IMG/VR virus record: IMGVR_UViG_3300045988_114702 | Source: a virus | Length of the DNA stretch: 64,000 nt | Direction: 5' to 3' (one strand) | Shown here: positions 17,715 to 25,893 of the stretch, in pieces | Position numbering within the stretch: position 1 is the stretch's first letter | Layout of the letters: the number at the start of each line of letters is the position of its first letter | Position numbers and translations under genes: made by a program | Notes under the pieces: generated by a model | Seen by the model: the letters and a program-made list of their open reading frames with translations, nothing else | The model's database searches: none | What the model was told of the DNA's origin: nothing

Positions 17715-18321
17715 CCCTTTCTCCTTCCAGCAGCCCTACCATTGCGTTCCACACCTTGTCCGTGTAGGCTGTGCTATATGTGCCAGCAGACCAAGCCTTT
17801 TTGGCTCCGGCTGTGCCAAGGTTATAGGCCATCAGAGCGCAATTCACATTGCCCTCGTACTCGCTGAGATACATACCCAGCATATAGCACCCAGCCTGAA
17901 TGTTCTGGTGGGCATCCAGCAGATCCGTTATGCCAAGTTTATCTTTGAGCCACCCGGCGTTTATGCTGTTTATCTGCATCAAGCCATAATCCCCGGTAGA
18001 GCTGCGCGCCGCCGGGGTAAAGCCGCTCTCGACCTGCATGACGGCATAAGCCAGTTCCAAGGGCACATCGTAGAGGTCGCACATTTTCTCCGTGTAGGAC
18101 TGTAGTTCCGCATCCAGCGGCACCTGATATGTAACCGGCTCATACGGAACCGGGTCCTGACGAACGCATTCAACCTGCTCGATCTCGGCCACCACCGGTA
18201 CCGTAACCAGCGTTTCAACCGGCGGCTTCTGCTGGAAAGCGAACGCCGCGGCGATGTTTCCGACCACCAGAAGCTGCGCCGCTGCCGCCGCTGCCAGCGG
18301 CACGAGCGTTTGTGCTTTCAT
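17704..18321 (-). CDS. Lytic transglycosylase (SLT domain) with N-terminal signal/TM
   Basis: VESGFTPAARSSTGDYGLMQINS matches the SLT catalytic region. MKAQTLVPLAAAAAAQLLVVGNIAAAFAF is a hydrophobic leader. Start uncertain (18321 or 18363). Confidence 0.7.
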   Translation of the reverse strand: MKAQTLVPLAAAAAAQLLVVGNIAAAFAFQQKPPVETLVTVPVVAEIEQVECVRQDPVPYEPVTYQVPLDAELQSYTEKMCDLYDVPLELAYAVMQVESGFTPAARSSTGDYGLMQINSINAGWLKDKLGITDLLDAHQNIQAGCYMLGMYLSEYEGNVNCALMAYNLGTAGAKKAWSAGTYSTAYTDKVWNAMVGLLEGERDVS

Positions 18322-18514
18322 CCTCCCGCACCTCCTCCAAAAGACCAAAACGTTCCATCGCATACCGCCGGGGCACCCGGCCAGGAAACGTGAGGTTTCC
18401 CCTTGCTTCCAGTTCCTGATTCATCTGCTGGATGTACTTATATGCTCGGGACTTGCCACAGCCAACCAGTTCCGCAACCTCTGCACAACCGATGAAATAC
18501 GACTCTTTGCTCAC
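18215..18514 (-). CDS. HTH DNA-binding protein (excisionase/MerR-like)
   Basis: GTG at 18514 follows AAGGGGGA and overlaps the upstream stop as GTGA. The HTH reads CAEVAELVGCGKSRAYKYIQQMN. Confidence 0.5.
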   Translation of the reverse strand: MSKESYFIGCAEVAELVGCGKSRAYKYIQQMNQELEARGNLTFPGRVPRRYAMERFGLLEEVREDESTNARAAGSGGSGAASGGRKHRRGVRFPAEAAG

Positions 18515-18960
18515 GACTGCCGTCCCCCTTTCGAAAAACGCATATTGTTCATTGCCACATTCAGGTCGTTGGCCAAACGCATGATTTCGTCCCATTCGGC
18601 TTGCTCGCTCTCAGCGATCTGGCCATCTGCGGCGATTTCTACCATTGCCTCCCGCTTTGCACAGAAGCGCTGAACCGCCGCCAGAACGCCCAGCACAGCT
18701 TCCGGCAGGTCTTTCAACTGGATCTCAGGCACGACCCGTTTGCCGAGATCTGATGTCAACCGCAGATGCTGCACGGCCAGATATGGGGCTTGATACACGT
18801 CACACATGGCGCTCGCTACATCGCTGGGCACTGGACGCTGGCTCTGCTCATAGTCCCGCAGGCTGTCAACCGACACGTTCAAAAGCTGCGATGCTTTTTC
18901 CTGCGTAAAACCAGCAGATTTCCGCGCATTTTTGTAAATATTCTGGCTTTCAATCGCCAT
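18511..18960 (-). CDS. XRE-family HTH regulator (149 aa)
   Basis: IYKNARKSAGFTQEKASQLLNVSVDSLRDYEQ is a classic XRE HTH. Confidence 0.65.
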   Translation of the reverse strand: MAIESQNIYKNARKSAGFTQEKASQLLNVSVDSLRDYEQSQRPVPSDVASAMCDVYQAPYLAVQHLRLTSDLGKRVVPEIQLKDLPEAVLGVLAAVQRFCAKREAMVEIAADGQIAESEQAEWDEIMRLANDLNVAMNNMRFSKGGRQS

Positions 18961-18999
18961 TTCTTCACGCCGTCCTTTCTGGTATACTTGAGATGTAGG

Positions 19000-19212
19000 T
19001 TAGCTCCGGTACGCCACCCCGCTGATGTTCAGGCACTTTTCGATTGCGCCCTGGACGTTCTCGGACGGCACCAGCACACCATTGACGACTTGGCTGATAT
19101 GCGAGCGAGAAAAGCCCGTTTCCTTTGCCAGTTCCGTAACGGTCATATCGTCATGGTCGATCATGGCCTTCTTGACAGCCACGCACCAATCCGGCATCGT
19201 AGTCTTTTTCAT
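19000..19212 (-). CDS. Cro-like HTH regulator, first gene of the early operon
   Basis: ATG at 19212 follows GGAAGGAG. The HTH reads MTVTELAKETGFSRSHISQVVNG. A palindromic operator lies immediately upstream. Confidence 0.65.
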   Translation of the reverse strand: MKKTTMPDWCVAVKKAMIDHDDMTVTELAKETGFSRSHISQVVNGVLVPSENVQGAIEKCLNISGVAYRS

Positions 19213-19240
19213 GCTTTTTCTCCTTCCTAACAAAGATTTA

Positions 19241-19269
19241 TCTAACAAGTGTATTGAACACTTGTTAGA
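19241..19269. promoter_or_regulatory. Palindromic operator TCTAACAAGTG-N7-CACTTGTTAGA
   Basis: Perfect 11-bp inverted arms sit 29 nt upstream of the cro-like start. An extra half-site CTAACAAAG lies at 19227-19235. Confidence 0.6.
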
Positions 19270-19298
19270 TTTCTGATAAAATGAAAGAGCCAGTACCC

Positions 19299-19497
19299 AC
19301 CATTCAACGCGTTCCCCTGTCGTTAAGCGAAGCTGTCATGGGAGCGGCGCTATAACTGCACAGCATCCAACTTGCGGCTGTTGTCCGCTATGCTTTGCAG
19401 CGGCGCTTGTCTTTAGGAGGTCAACGTTCATGGTTCGTATTGCGTGGTACGAATGAACCCCTTTGCTGAGAGGTTCTGGGGGAACGCGCTGAATGGT
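19299..19497. repeat. About 200-nt element closed by an 18-19 bp inverted repeat (candidate structured RNA or MITE)
   Basis: CCATTCAACGCGTTCCCC (19300-19317) pairs with GGGGAACGCGCTGAATGG (19479-19496) with one mismatch. Internal hairpins are present. Confidence 0.35.
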
Positions 19498-19520
19498 AAG
19501 CGCTGTACCCTTTCACTTAA

Positions 19521-19548
19521 CATTTGTTCTGTACAAGTGTATTATAAT
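19521..19548 (+). promoter_or_regulatory. Putative promoter/operator of the CI-like gene
   Basis: CATTTGT-N5-ACAAGTG palindrome (19521-19539) abuts TATAAT (19543-19548), 65 nt upstream of the CI-like ATG. Confidence 0.4.
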
Positions 19549-19612
19549 CCATCAATTGCAACGTTTCAAGCTGTTTGAGCATCAATTGATGGATTTTGTG
19601 AGGATACACAAA

Positions 19613-19924
19613 ATGACAACCGAAAATTTGTATGATTCTATCGCCCTTGCGGAAAACATCAAAATTCAGGCAAAGGCACGCAATATCCAGCTGAAGGATA
19701 TGTACGCCGAACTCGGAATGAGCAAAGGCGTTCTTTCCAACTTGCGAACCGGTCGCATGATTGCCGCCGACAGTCTGGCGCGCATCGCTGACTACTTGGA
19801 CTGCTCCATGGACTTCCTTATGGGGCGCACCGTTGACCCCGCTGTGCAGCGTATGGAGTTAACAGATGAAGAACGTCAAAAGGTTACGGATTTCATTCAG
19901 TTCATTCTGAGCCAACGGAAATAA
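19613..19924 (+). CDS. CI-like XRE repressor
   Basis: ATG at 19613 follows GAGGA. The HTH reads LKDMYAELGMSKGVLSNLRTGR. The C-terminus reads LDCSMDFLMGRTVDP. Divergent from the cro-like gene. Confidence 0.7.
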   Translation: MTTENLYDSIALAENIKIQAKARNIQLKDMYAELGMSKGVLSNLRTGRMIAADSLARIADYLDCSMDFLMGRTVDPAVQRMELTDEERQKVTDFIQFILSQRK

Positions 19925-19929
19925 TACTC

Positions 19930-19960
19930 AGAGCCGCTCCGATGGCTCTATTTTGCGTTT
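19930..19960 (+). terminator. Rho-independent terminator
   Basis: AGAGCC-N8-GGCTCT stem followed by a T-rich run ATTTTGCGTTTT. Confidence 0.5.
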
Positions 19961-20045
19961 TCTATTCTTCCGCAGGGAATTTGCCGTCCGATAGGATATG
20001 CGGCTCAAATCGCTTCTCTGTGGACATTTGTTCGATTTGGTGAAA

Positions 20046-20249
20046 TCAGCCATCAATGACGAAGTGCGCGCCCTCGGTGATAAGCACCGTACCGCGATGC
20101 TCGTCATTGACGATGGTTGTCCGTTTGCCGATGTACTCAGCTGGCAGTTCGCCCCGCTTCACTCGTTCAAGGTTGTACGGAGATGCTTCCCAACGTCCCT
20201 TGTAGGACTCTGGGATCTTGCGCCACTCCGCTTTTGTGTAGTGACGCAT
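20046..20249 (-). CDS. Hypothetical protein (about 67 aa)
   Basis: ATG at 20249 overlaps the upstream stop (TGATG) and follows GGGGG. The longer ORF extends to 20309. Confidence 0.4.
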   Translation of the reverse strand: MRHYTKAEWRKIPESYKGRWEASPYNLERVKRGELPAEYIGKRTTIVNDEHRGTVLITEGAHFVIDG

Positions 20250-20584
20250 CAGGTCTGCCCCCATTCTTCCCCATTCAGTTCCATCCAGCCGTAGGGGTCG
20301 CAGTACCACCAGCTGGATGCACCATCCTCGGTGAGCCGCACGATATCGGACACGCTCATGCTGTGGCCAGAGAAATCAACGGGTCGATTCGACCCGTTGA
20401 AGAGTGCGAACAGGCGAAGAAGCATCCTGACCACTTCCGGGACAGACGGAATCTCACCGCCATATACCCGGCGGTAGTTCTCCCGGTGGATGCCGCCCAG
20501 CTGTGCGGCCTGATCGGATGCCATGAACCGCAGTTTTACCTGCTCCATGGTGTCCTCTTTCAGCTGGTAGATCTCATACTTCAT
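20249..20584 (-). CDS. YodL-like domain protein
   Basis: MKYEIYQLKED...NYRRVYGGEI...FNGSNRPVDFSGHSMSVSDIV matches the YodL-like pattern. ATG follows GGAAAGGAAG. Confidence 0.55.
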   Translation of the reverse strand: MKYEIYQLKEDTMEQVKLRFMASDQAAQLGGIHRENYRRVYGGEIPSVPEVVRMLLRLFALFNGSNRPVDFSGHSMSVSDIVRLTEDGASSWWYCDPYGWMELNGEEWGQT

Positions 20585-20689
20585 GTGAATCTTCCTTTCC
20601 TTGGTTTGCGGTGTTGGTTCCCGCGACCATCTTCGTGATGCCACGAAAATGGTTTCGGCCGATACCGGCGGCCATCATCAGGCGGGGTC

Positions 20690-20914
20690 TTAGTGGTCCG
20701 GTCTTTCATCGCCCAGTGTCTCCCATGTCCCACCGGGGAGAAAGAACTCCGCTGTACGATCTTCAAGCGCAGCCACGAAGTTCTCCCACCTCGGCCAGCG
20801 GACTTCATAGCCGTTGACGATCATATACGTGAAGCCCTCGCTGCGGTACTTGCTCTCCAAATGGCTCTCTTCCAGCTGAAAAAGTGGAATGGACTTGTTT
20901 GCAATCTTTTTCAT
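20690..20914 (-). CDS. Hypothetical protein (74 aa)
   Basis: ORF in the operon. Confidence 0.4.
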   Translation of the reverse strand: MKKIANKSIPLFQLEESHLESKYRSEGFTYMIVNGYEVRWPRWENFVAALEDRTAEFFLPGGTWETLGDERPDH

Positions 20915-20934
20915 CGTTCAGACCTCCAATTTGA

Positions 20935-21327
20935 TTAAACGTCAAAGCTGACCGAATGATATGCGAACCAGTGCCCGCAGCGGCGGTGCAGCTTGTACCA
21001 GTTTGTGAAGCGCTGCCCAGAGCAGTCATAGGCCGTCGGGTAAAACTCGTAGTAGCGGTTTTCCCGGAACCACTCGGCCGCATCGGTCTTGCTGGCCTTG
21101 TCCAGCTCGTTCGGGAGCTGCACCAGCTCAATGTAGCCATCAATGCCGCGCTCCTCGATAATGCGGCTGTCAGGTGCCGGGCGGTTGTTGTAGTCCCGGA
21201 TCTCCTTCTTGATGCTGGCAATAAATGCGGCCATGCCGGACTTCTGTTCGGCGGTGGTGGTGTCCCGGATGAACGCCAGCAGGGTGTAAGCATCTCTCAG
21301 CTTCTCGGCGTCGGTGATCTTAAACAT
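20935..21327 (-). CDS. Hypothetical protein (about 130 aa)
   Basis: ATG at 21327 follows GGAGGACAAGACA. Confidence 0.45.
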   Translation of the reverse strand: MFKITDAEKLRDAYTLLAFIRDTTTAEQKSGMAAFIASIKKEIRDYNNRPAPDSRIIEERGIDGYIELVQLPNELDKASKTDAAEWFRENRYYEFYPTAYDCSGQRFTNWYKLHRRCGHWFAYHSVSFDV

Positions 21328-21348
21328 TGTCTTGTCCTCCAATATTGT

Positions 21349-21669
21349 TTAGAATTCGTTGAAGTCTCCAGCATCGAACAGCAGACCGCTTCTGAATTTC
21401 AGGCTGAGCTTGCTTTCAGGGGGCTTGCGCTTGAAAACAGGCTTTCCGTTCACCAACTCTGCATACACGGAAAAACTGCAGCGTGTACCTTGGAGAGTGA
21501 TGTAAACACCGTTCTGATAAGCACGGAGTTCGCCAAGTTCCAGTCCCCAAGAAGTGGTAAACTCAAGGTTTCGGCTCAACGCATTGTGGAGAGATGACTT
21601 CTTGTTGTCCGGCATCATCCTGAAAAGCTCCAGCGCTTGCTTCTCGCAGTGCACGTTTTTGATTTCCAT
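21349..21669 (-). CDS. Hypothetical protein (106 aa)
   Basis: ORF in the operon. Confidence 0.4.
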   Translation of the reverse strand: MEIKNVHCEKQALELFRMMPDNKKSSLHNALSRNLEFTTSWGLELGELRAYQNGVYITLQGTRCSFSVYAELVNGKPVFKRKPPESKLSLKFRSGLLFDAGDFNEF

Positions 21670-21672
21670 GGT

Positions 21673-21828
21673 TCAGCCCTCCTCAATGACCCATCCGGCA
21701 CAATAGCCGGGATCGCGAAGCCTTGCCTTTGCAAGTGCTTCATCGAACGTCCGGGCACGAACCCGGACAGGCGGCAGGTCGCCGCCCACGATTTCCCATG
21801 TAGCCATGGGTGCTACAAATCTCTCCAT
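21673..21828 (-). CDS. Small protein (51 aa, not in ORF track)
   Basis: ATG at 21828 follows GGAAAGGAAA. It reads MERFVAPMATWEIVGGDLPPVRVRARTFDEALAKARL. First gene downstream of operator B. Confidence 0.4.
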   Translation of the reverse strand: MERFVAPMATWEIVGGDLPPVRVRARTFDEALAKARLRDPGYCAGWVIEEG

Positions 21829-21845
21829 GTTGCGTTTCCTTTCCA

Positions 21846-21874
21846 TCTAACAGGTGAATGAATCACTTGTTAGA
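21846..21874. promoter_or_regulatory. Palindromic operator TCTAACAGGTG-N7-CACTTGTTAGA
   Basis: Near-identical copy of the 19241-19269 operator. Followed by two TCTCAT-N4-GTGAGA copies at 21885-21900 and 21915-21930. Confidence 0.55.
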
Positions 21875-21963
21875 TATATTATAATCTCATAAAAGTGAGA
21901 TAGCAATACAATATTCTCATTTTTGTGAGATTCATGCTTTTGCACAAAAAGGTGGTGTTCTAT

Positions 21964-22209
21964 TTGTTGTTTTGGGAACGTTTTTATCGGATGTGCGAAA
22001 TCCGCGGAACAAAGCCAAATCCGCTTGCCAAAGAGCTTGGCATCTCATCTGGAGCTGTCACGCGCTGGAAGAATGCAGAAGATCCTCCGTCTGGAAAAAC
22101 ACTCATGCTGCTTGCGGACAAACTGGACTGTTCCGTTGACTACCTGCTTGGCCGCACCGATGATCCTGTTCTTCATCAATTGGATTCGTCCTCGTCATCA
22201 GCCTTATAA
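21964..22209 (+). CDS. XRE-family repressor-like protein (paralog 2)
   Basis: TTG at 21964 lies 8 nt after AAGGTGG (the ORF is open from 21925). The HTH reads LAKELGISSGAVTRWKNA. The C-terminus reads LDCSVDYLLGRTDDP. Confidence 0.6.
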   Translation: MLFWERFYRMCEIRGTKPNPLAKELGISSGAVTRWKNAEDPPSGKTLMLLADKLDCSVDYLLGRTDDPVLHQLDSSSSSAL

Positions 22210-22245
22210 CGCGCGCCCGCGCGTGATGAAGACGATAGTCTTCAT
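22209..22245 (+). terminator. Tandem hairpins followed by a T-rich tract
   Basis: ACGCGCG-CC-CGCGCGT and ATGAAGAC-GATA-GTCTTCAT, followed by a long T/C-rich run. Confidence 0.45.
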
Positions 22246-22284
22246 ATCTTCTTATTCTTTTTCTTCTTCTTTTCTTAAGAAGAT

Positions 22285-22500
22285 GGGTTTTTTCGGTTTT
22301 TAAAAAACCCAATGGGTTTTCACGTTTCACACACATTTAGAAGAATCGTCGATTTATCAAGAACTACTTTGCATCCAATTTTGATATTTGACCTTCAAAT
22401 TTGACTTTTCGACCTTGAATTTCACTTTTATGTTCGTGTTTTTCAAAACCCAAAAAAGCGAACGTAACCGAAAAAACCCATTCGGTTTTTTCGGTTTTTG
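22285..22500. repeat. AT-rich repeat-dense non-coding region
   Basis: GGGTTTTTTCGGTT (22285-22298) and its reverse complement AACCGAAAAAACCC (22467-22480). Direct repeats TTTGACCTTCAAATTTGAC and TTTCGACCTTGAATTTCAC. Confidence 0.35.
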
Positions 22501-22513
22501 AGAAAGGTGGGGT

Positions 22514-22888
22514 TTACACCCCGCCAGGAACCACCTTGGAGATAACGAGCCTCCCGGCGAATCGCTGAAACTTTTCCGGCGAGCGAAACAGCTTCTCGAA
22601 ATAGGCTGCATCTTCTTCCCGCAGATCCGCGAAGTCCTCTGCCGAGAGCCCAACTACCAAGAACGTGCCGGCAATGATGTCGTAGGGCTTACCGTTCTTG
22701 TACAACGCTCGGTTCAGTTCAAGCCCGCAGCACTTGCCCTCCTCATTGCAGATCAGGCCGACCGGGCGGCGTTCATCCGGGTAAATCACCTCAATATAGC
22801 CGCCTACGAGGCTCTGCAGGCTTGCAAGTTCGTTGGCAACGTTAATGCGTTCCGGGGCTTTGCCCGGCTCAATTTTCAGTGCTTTCAT
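22514..22888 (-). CDS. DUF3846-like protein
   Basis: MKALKIEPGKAPERINV...LQSLVGGYIEVIYP...GLICNEEG pattern. Confidence 0.55.
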   Translation of the reverse strand: MKALKIEPGKAPERINVANELASLQSLVGGYIEVIYPDERRPVGLICNEEGKCCGLELNRALYKNGKPYDIIAGTFLVVGLSAEDFADLREEDAAYFEKLFRSPEKFQRFAGRLVISKVVPGGV

Positions 22889-22891
22889 GGC

Positions 22892-23125
22892 TTAATTCTC
22901 CTTTCTTGCTTTCAGCGGTTCGCCATTCCATGCCACGCAATACGGGTGTGCATCCAGATCAGTGCCGTGCATCCAGCCGCCCTGCACAGCCATTGCGGCT
23001 TCCACCCGGTACGATTCCCGGGTGCGGCTCCGCTTGACGTTCTTGTACAGAGCCCCACCGTGGGACTTCTGGAATGCTTTTGCTTCATCCTCGGTCTTAA
23101 AAAACTTGTTGCAATACATAGTCAA
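22892..23125 (-). CDS. Hypothetical protein (77 aa)
   Basis: ORF in the operon. Confidence 0.4.
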   Translation of the reverse strand: MTMYCNKFFKTEDEAKAFQKSHGGALYKNVKRSRTRESYRVEAAMAVQGGWMHGTDLDAHPYCVAWNGEPLKARKEN

Positions 23126-23171
23126 TCCTCCTGTGTTTCAAACGTGTTGGTTCCGGTCATGCTATTGTGGT

Positions 23172-23762
23172 TCAGTCCTCCTTTCTGTTCAGCTGGTACC
23201 CAGTGCCGCGATAGCTGATGATGTACCGGTAATCCGGCGTGCGGAACACCTCAATGCGGCTCTTATCCACGTTCTTGATGCCCAGTTTCCGGCGAATGAA
23301 CGGAACCGCGATCTTGATGGTTTTGGCGTTGGTCATGTCCTTGTTCCGGCGGTCAGGCCGCTGTGCATAGCGGCGCATCCGTACCTTGCTGACGGTCTCT
23401 GCATCCGCTGCGGTGCCATAGAACTTTTTGTAATCGCCGTAACCATTCACTTCGTAGTACCGCTGGATGCTGATTTGCTCCAGCCGGTCATTCCAGATGG
23501 TGTCTGCGTGGTTCTCATCGGCATCCGGGGAAACGTGCTCCTTCTCAAGAACGCGACCAGCGATCAGCTCCACACCCTGCTTGTCCCATCCCTCGGTGAA
23601 GGTCCGAAGCAGGACACGAACGACCTCAGCGCCATCCGTCAGGTCAATGTGGGCGATCTCGCCCTGACTGCCGCGCATCGTTGCGGTGTTGAAGTGATAG
23701 CCACGCTCCAGATACTTGTTCACTTCGGCTGTGAATACCTTGTTGATGTCTGCATACGTCAT
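23172..23762 (-). CDS. Hypothetical protein (about 196 aa)
   Basis: ATG at 23762 follows AAGGGGGA. Confidence 0.45.
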   Translation of the reverse strand: MTYADINKVFTAEVNKYLERGYHFNTATMRGSQGEIAHIDLTDGAEVVRVLLRTFTEGWDKQGVELIAGRVLEKEHVSPDADENHADTIWNDRLEQISIQRYYEVNGYGDYKKFYGTAADAETVSKVRMRRYAQRPDRRNKDMTNAKTIKIAVPFIRRKLGIKNVDKSRIEVFRTPDYRYIISYRGTGYQLNRKED

Positions 23763-23775
23763 AATCGAATCCCCC

Positions 23776-24015
23776 TTATCGAACAATTGTACAACCGGCG
23801 TATTTAAAGTTCTTTGCCGCCACTGCAACTTCGGACAGATGCTTTGCAAACTCTGCTACTCTCTCCGGGTTTGCTTCCGGGCAACTGGCCGAAATGCTAA
23901 TCTGCACCTTTTCGCCTGAAACCAAGCCAACTTCGATGCACTCATCCAGCGTGTCAATCTGCTTTGTGAAATCATGCATCGCCCGGCTCAATTCGCTGTA
24001 TTTTACTGTTCTCAT
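23776..24015 (-). CDS. Hypothetical protein (about 79 aa)
   Basis: ATG at 24015 follows GGAGGACAGGACA. First gene downstream of operator cluster C. Confidence 0.45.
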   Translation of the reverse strand: MRTVKYSELSRAMHDFTKQIDTLDECIEVGLVSGEKVQISISASCPEANPERVAEFAKHLSEVAVAAKNFKYAGCTIVR

Positions 24016-24042
24016 TGTCCTGTCCTCCATTGGCTCTTGCAA

Positions 24043-24122
24043 TCTAACAAATGTTTGATTGTGATTATATAATAATCCAACACTTGTTAGAGGACAAGAC
24101 CGCAAAGCAAACATTTGTTAGA
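24043..24122. promoter_or_regulatory. Operator half-site cluster (TCTAACAAATG, CACTTGTTAGA, CATTTGTTAGA)
   Basis: Half-sites at 24043-24053, 24081-24091 and 24112-24122, lying between divergent genes. Confidence 0.5.
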
Positions 24123-24168
24123 TTTCAGCACCGTGCACAAGATTCTTAGAAGAAAGCTGGTAAAACGT

Positions 24169-24516
24169 ATGACGGTTACAGTACAACGCATCGTCGATCT
24201 GACCGAACACTATGGCACATCAGGCGCTTTTATAGCGCGCCTATGTGGGAAAAGTCGTTCCCTGATTGCTGGTTGGAAGGACGGTAAGGCAACTCCAACG
24301 GATGCAGACCTTTCTATCATTGCGGACCTCTACGGGGTGTCCGTGGCCTACCTGCGCGGCGAGGTAGACGCCCCTGCATCAAACGTCAAAAATGCTATGC
24401 AGCAACAACTTATGGACAGTGTACAAGGCCTGACCGACGATGAAATGCGAAAGGTTATAGAATACGTTCGCTTCCTGAAATTTCTGGATGCAGAACAAAA
24501 GGCAGACCCCCAATAA
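24169..24516 (+). CDS. XRE-family repressor-like protein (paralog 3)
   Basis: The HTH reads SGAFIARLCGKSRSLIAGWKDG. The C-terminus reads YGVSVAYLRGEVDAP. The ORF is open from 24115 (TTG), so the start is uncertain. Confidence 0.55.
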   Translation: MTVTVQRIVDLTEHYGTSGAFIARLCGKSRSLIAGWKDGKATPTDADLSIIADLYGVSVAYLRGEVDAPASNVKNAMQQQLMDSVQGLTDDEMRKVIEYVRFLKFLDAEQKADPQ

Positions 24517-24543
24517 GGGAGCCTGCCCATGCTGAAGGATGCG

Positions 24544-24675
24544 TTACTGCTCCTTCAGCTGCCCGATGTACTCAAGCACCTGCCGGATCTGTTCAGGGGG
24601 TAAATCCTTGATTTCGTCCCGCAGAACTTCATCCAGCACTTCTCCGTGCTTCGGGTGTTCATCCGATGCTGCCAT
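24544..24675 (-). CDS. Possible small protein (43 aa, not in ORF track)
   Basis: ATG follows GGAAGGAG. It reads MAASDEHPKHGEVLDEVLRDEIKDLPPEQIRQVLEYIGQLKEQ. Confidence 0.25.
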   Translation of the reverse strand: MAASDEHPKHGEVLDEVLRDEIKDLPPEQIRQVLEYIGQLKEQ

Positions 24676-24804
24676 GTGCCATCACTCCTTCCCGGCTTAC
24701 AGATAGGCCATTGAAAGAGTATGACATCTGTACTTTGCATTTCCAGCTTTTGGAAACATATACCAATGCTCGTGATAAAATAACAGGAAAGGTTATGGTG
24801 TGAT

Positions 24805-25830
24805 ATGGGATTCAGGTATAGAAAAAGCATTCGGCTTGGTGGTGGGTTCCGCATCAATATTTCTGGTAGCGGTGTTGGATACTCATGGGGTGTTCCCGGG
24901 TATCGAATCACCAAAACAGCGAACGGAAAAATCCGGCAAACCGCCTCCATCCCGGGAACCGGACTGAGTTATTCGACCGAGGAATCCATTTATAAATCTG
25001 CACGAAAAAGCGCTCTAAAAGAAGAACCATATACAGATACGGAAGTTATTCAATCTACCGACCGCGCAGACTATAAAAATTCCGACTTCAAGGCGCTTAT
25101 GAAGCGAATCAACCGGGTTTGCTTTCTCAATAAAGCATCATTTATCGTTGGAGCTATCAGCCTGCTCGCTTTCATCGTTCTTCATACACCGCAGCGGCTT
25201 TTCCTGACCATTTTATCATTCATCATATTTCTCTATGCCCACTATATTGCTCCTGTAAATTTGGAATACGACTTCACCGATGAACAGTTTGATGCCTACG
25301 AAGAATGGTATAACGCTTGGCGTAAATTATTTGCCTGTGATGCCGTTTTCTATGTACCCGAAACCCACACCAACAGCAGCGCAAAAAAGAATGGCGGTGC
25401 CGAGAAAACCGTATCCGAAGAAAAAGCTCTCGGAATGCCTGCACTCCCCTATTTTCTCAGAACAAATGTGCCTGTTTTTTCGGCCGCTCTGAATAAGAAG
25501 GAGTCCATTTATATTTTCCCGGATAAGGTGTTCTATCTCCACAATAGCAAAATCAGCGCATACGACCTTTCGGAGGTCTCTTTCAATGTCGATTCTGTCA
25601 ACTGTGTCACGGATCAGGAGCATCTACCGGCGGATAGCAAGGTGGTCAAAGAAACTTGGCTCCGGGTCAATGCCGATGGTTCCCCCGACCGACGCTATAA
25701 GAACAACAAGAAATGCCTTGTCTGCGAATACGGCAGGCTGCGCATCCGCTCTGACAGCGGACTAAATATTTATTTTCTGCTTAGCAATTCCGACAACGTA
25801 GACCAGTTCAAGGCAATTCTTCCACAATAA
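24805..25830 (+). CDS. DUF4236-domain membrane protein (lysogeny-side accessory gene)
   Basis: The N-terminus MGFRYRKSIRLGGGFRINISGSGVGYSWGVPGYR matches the DUF4236 pattern. Two central hydrophobic helices. Confidence 0.6.
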   Translation: MGFRYRKSIRLGGGFRINISGSGVGYSWGVPGYRITKTANGKIRQTASIPGTGLSYSTEESIYKSARKSALKEEPYTDTEVIQSTDRADYKNSDFKALMKRINRVCFLNKASFIVGAISLLAFIVLHTPQRLFLTILSFIIFLYAHYIAPVNLEYDFTDEQFDAYEEWYNAWRKLFACDAVFYVPETHTNSSAKKNGGAEKTVSEEKALGMPALPYFLRTNVPVFSAALNKKESIYIFPDKVFYLHNSKISAYDLSEVSFNVDSVNCVTDQEHLPADSKVVKETWLRVNADGSPDRRYKNNKKCLVCEYGRLRIRSDSGLNIYFLLSNSDNVDQFKAILPQ

Positions 25831-25837
25831 AAAAAGA

Positions 25838-25870
25838 CCCCGGCCATTATAAAAATGGTCGGGGATTTAT
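25838..25870 (+). terminator. Rho-independent terminator
   Basis: CCCCGGCCAT-N7-ATGGTCGGGG followed by ATTTAT. Confidence 0.5.
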
Positions 25871-25893
25871 AAACTCTTCAGGAGGTATATTCG

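Noticed and set aside
24555-24950. 131-aa minus-strand ORF
   Set aside because: It overlaps the start of the well-supported DUF4236 gene on the opposite strand and has no RBS at its start. Only its 3' portion contains a plausible 43-aa ORF, which is reported separately at low confidence.
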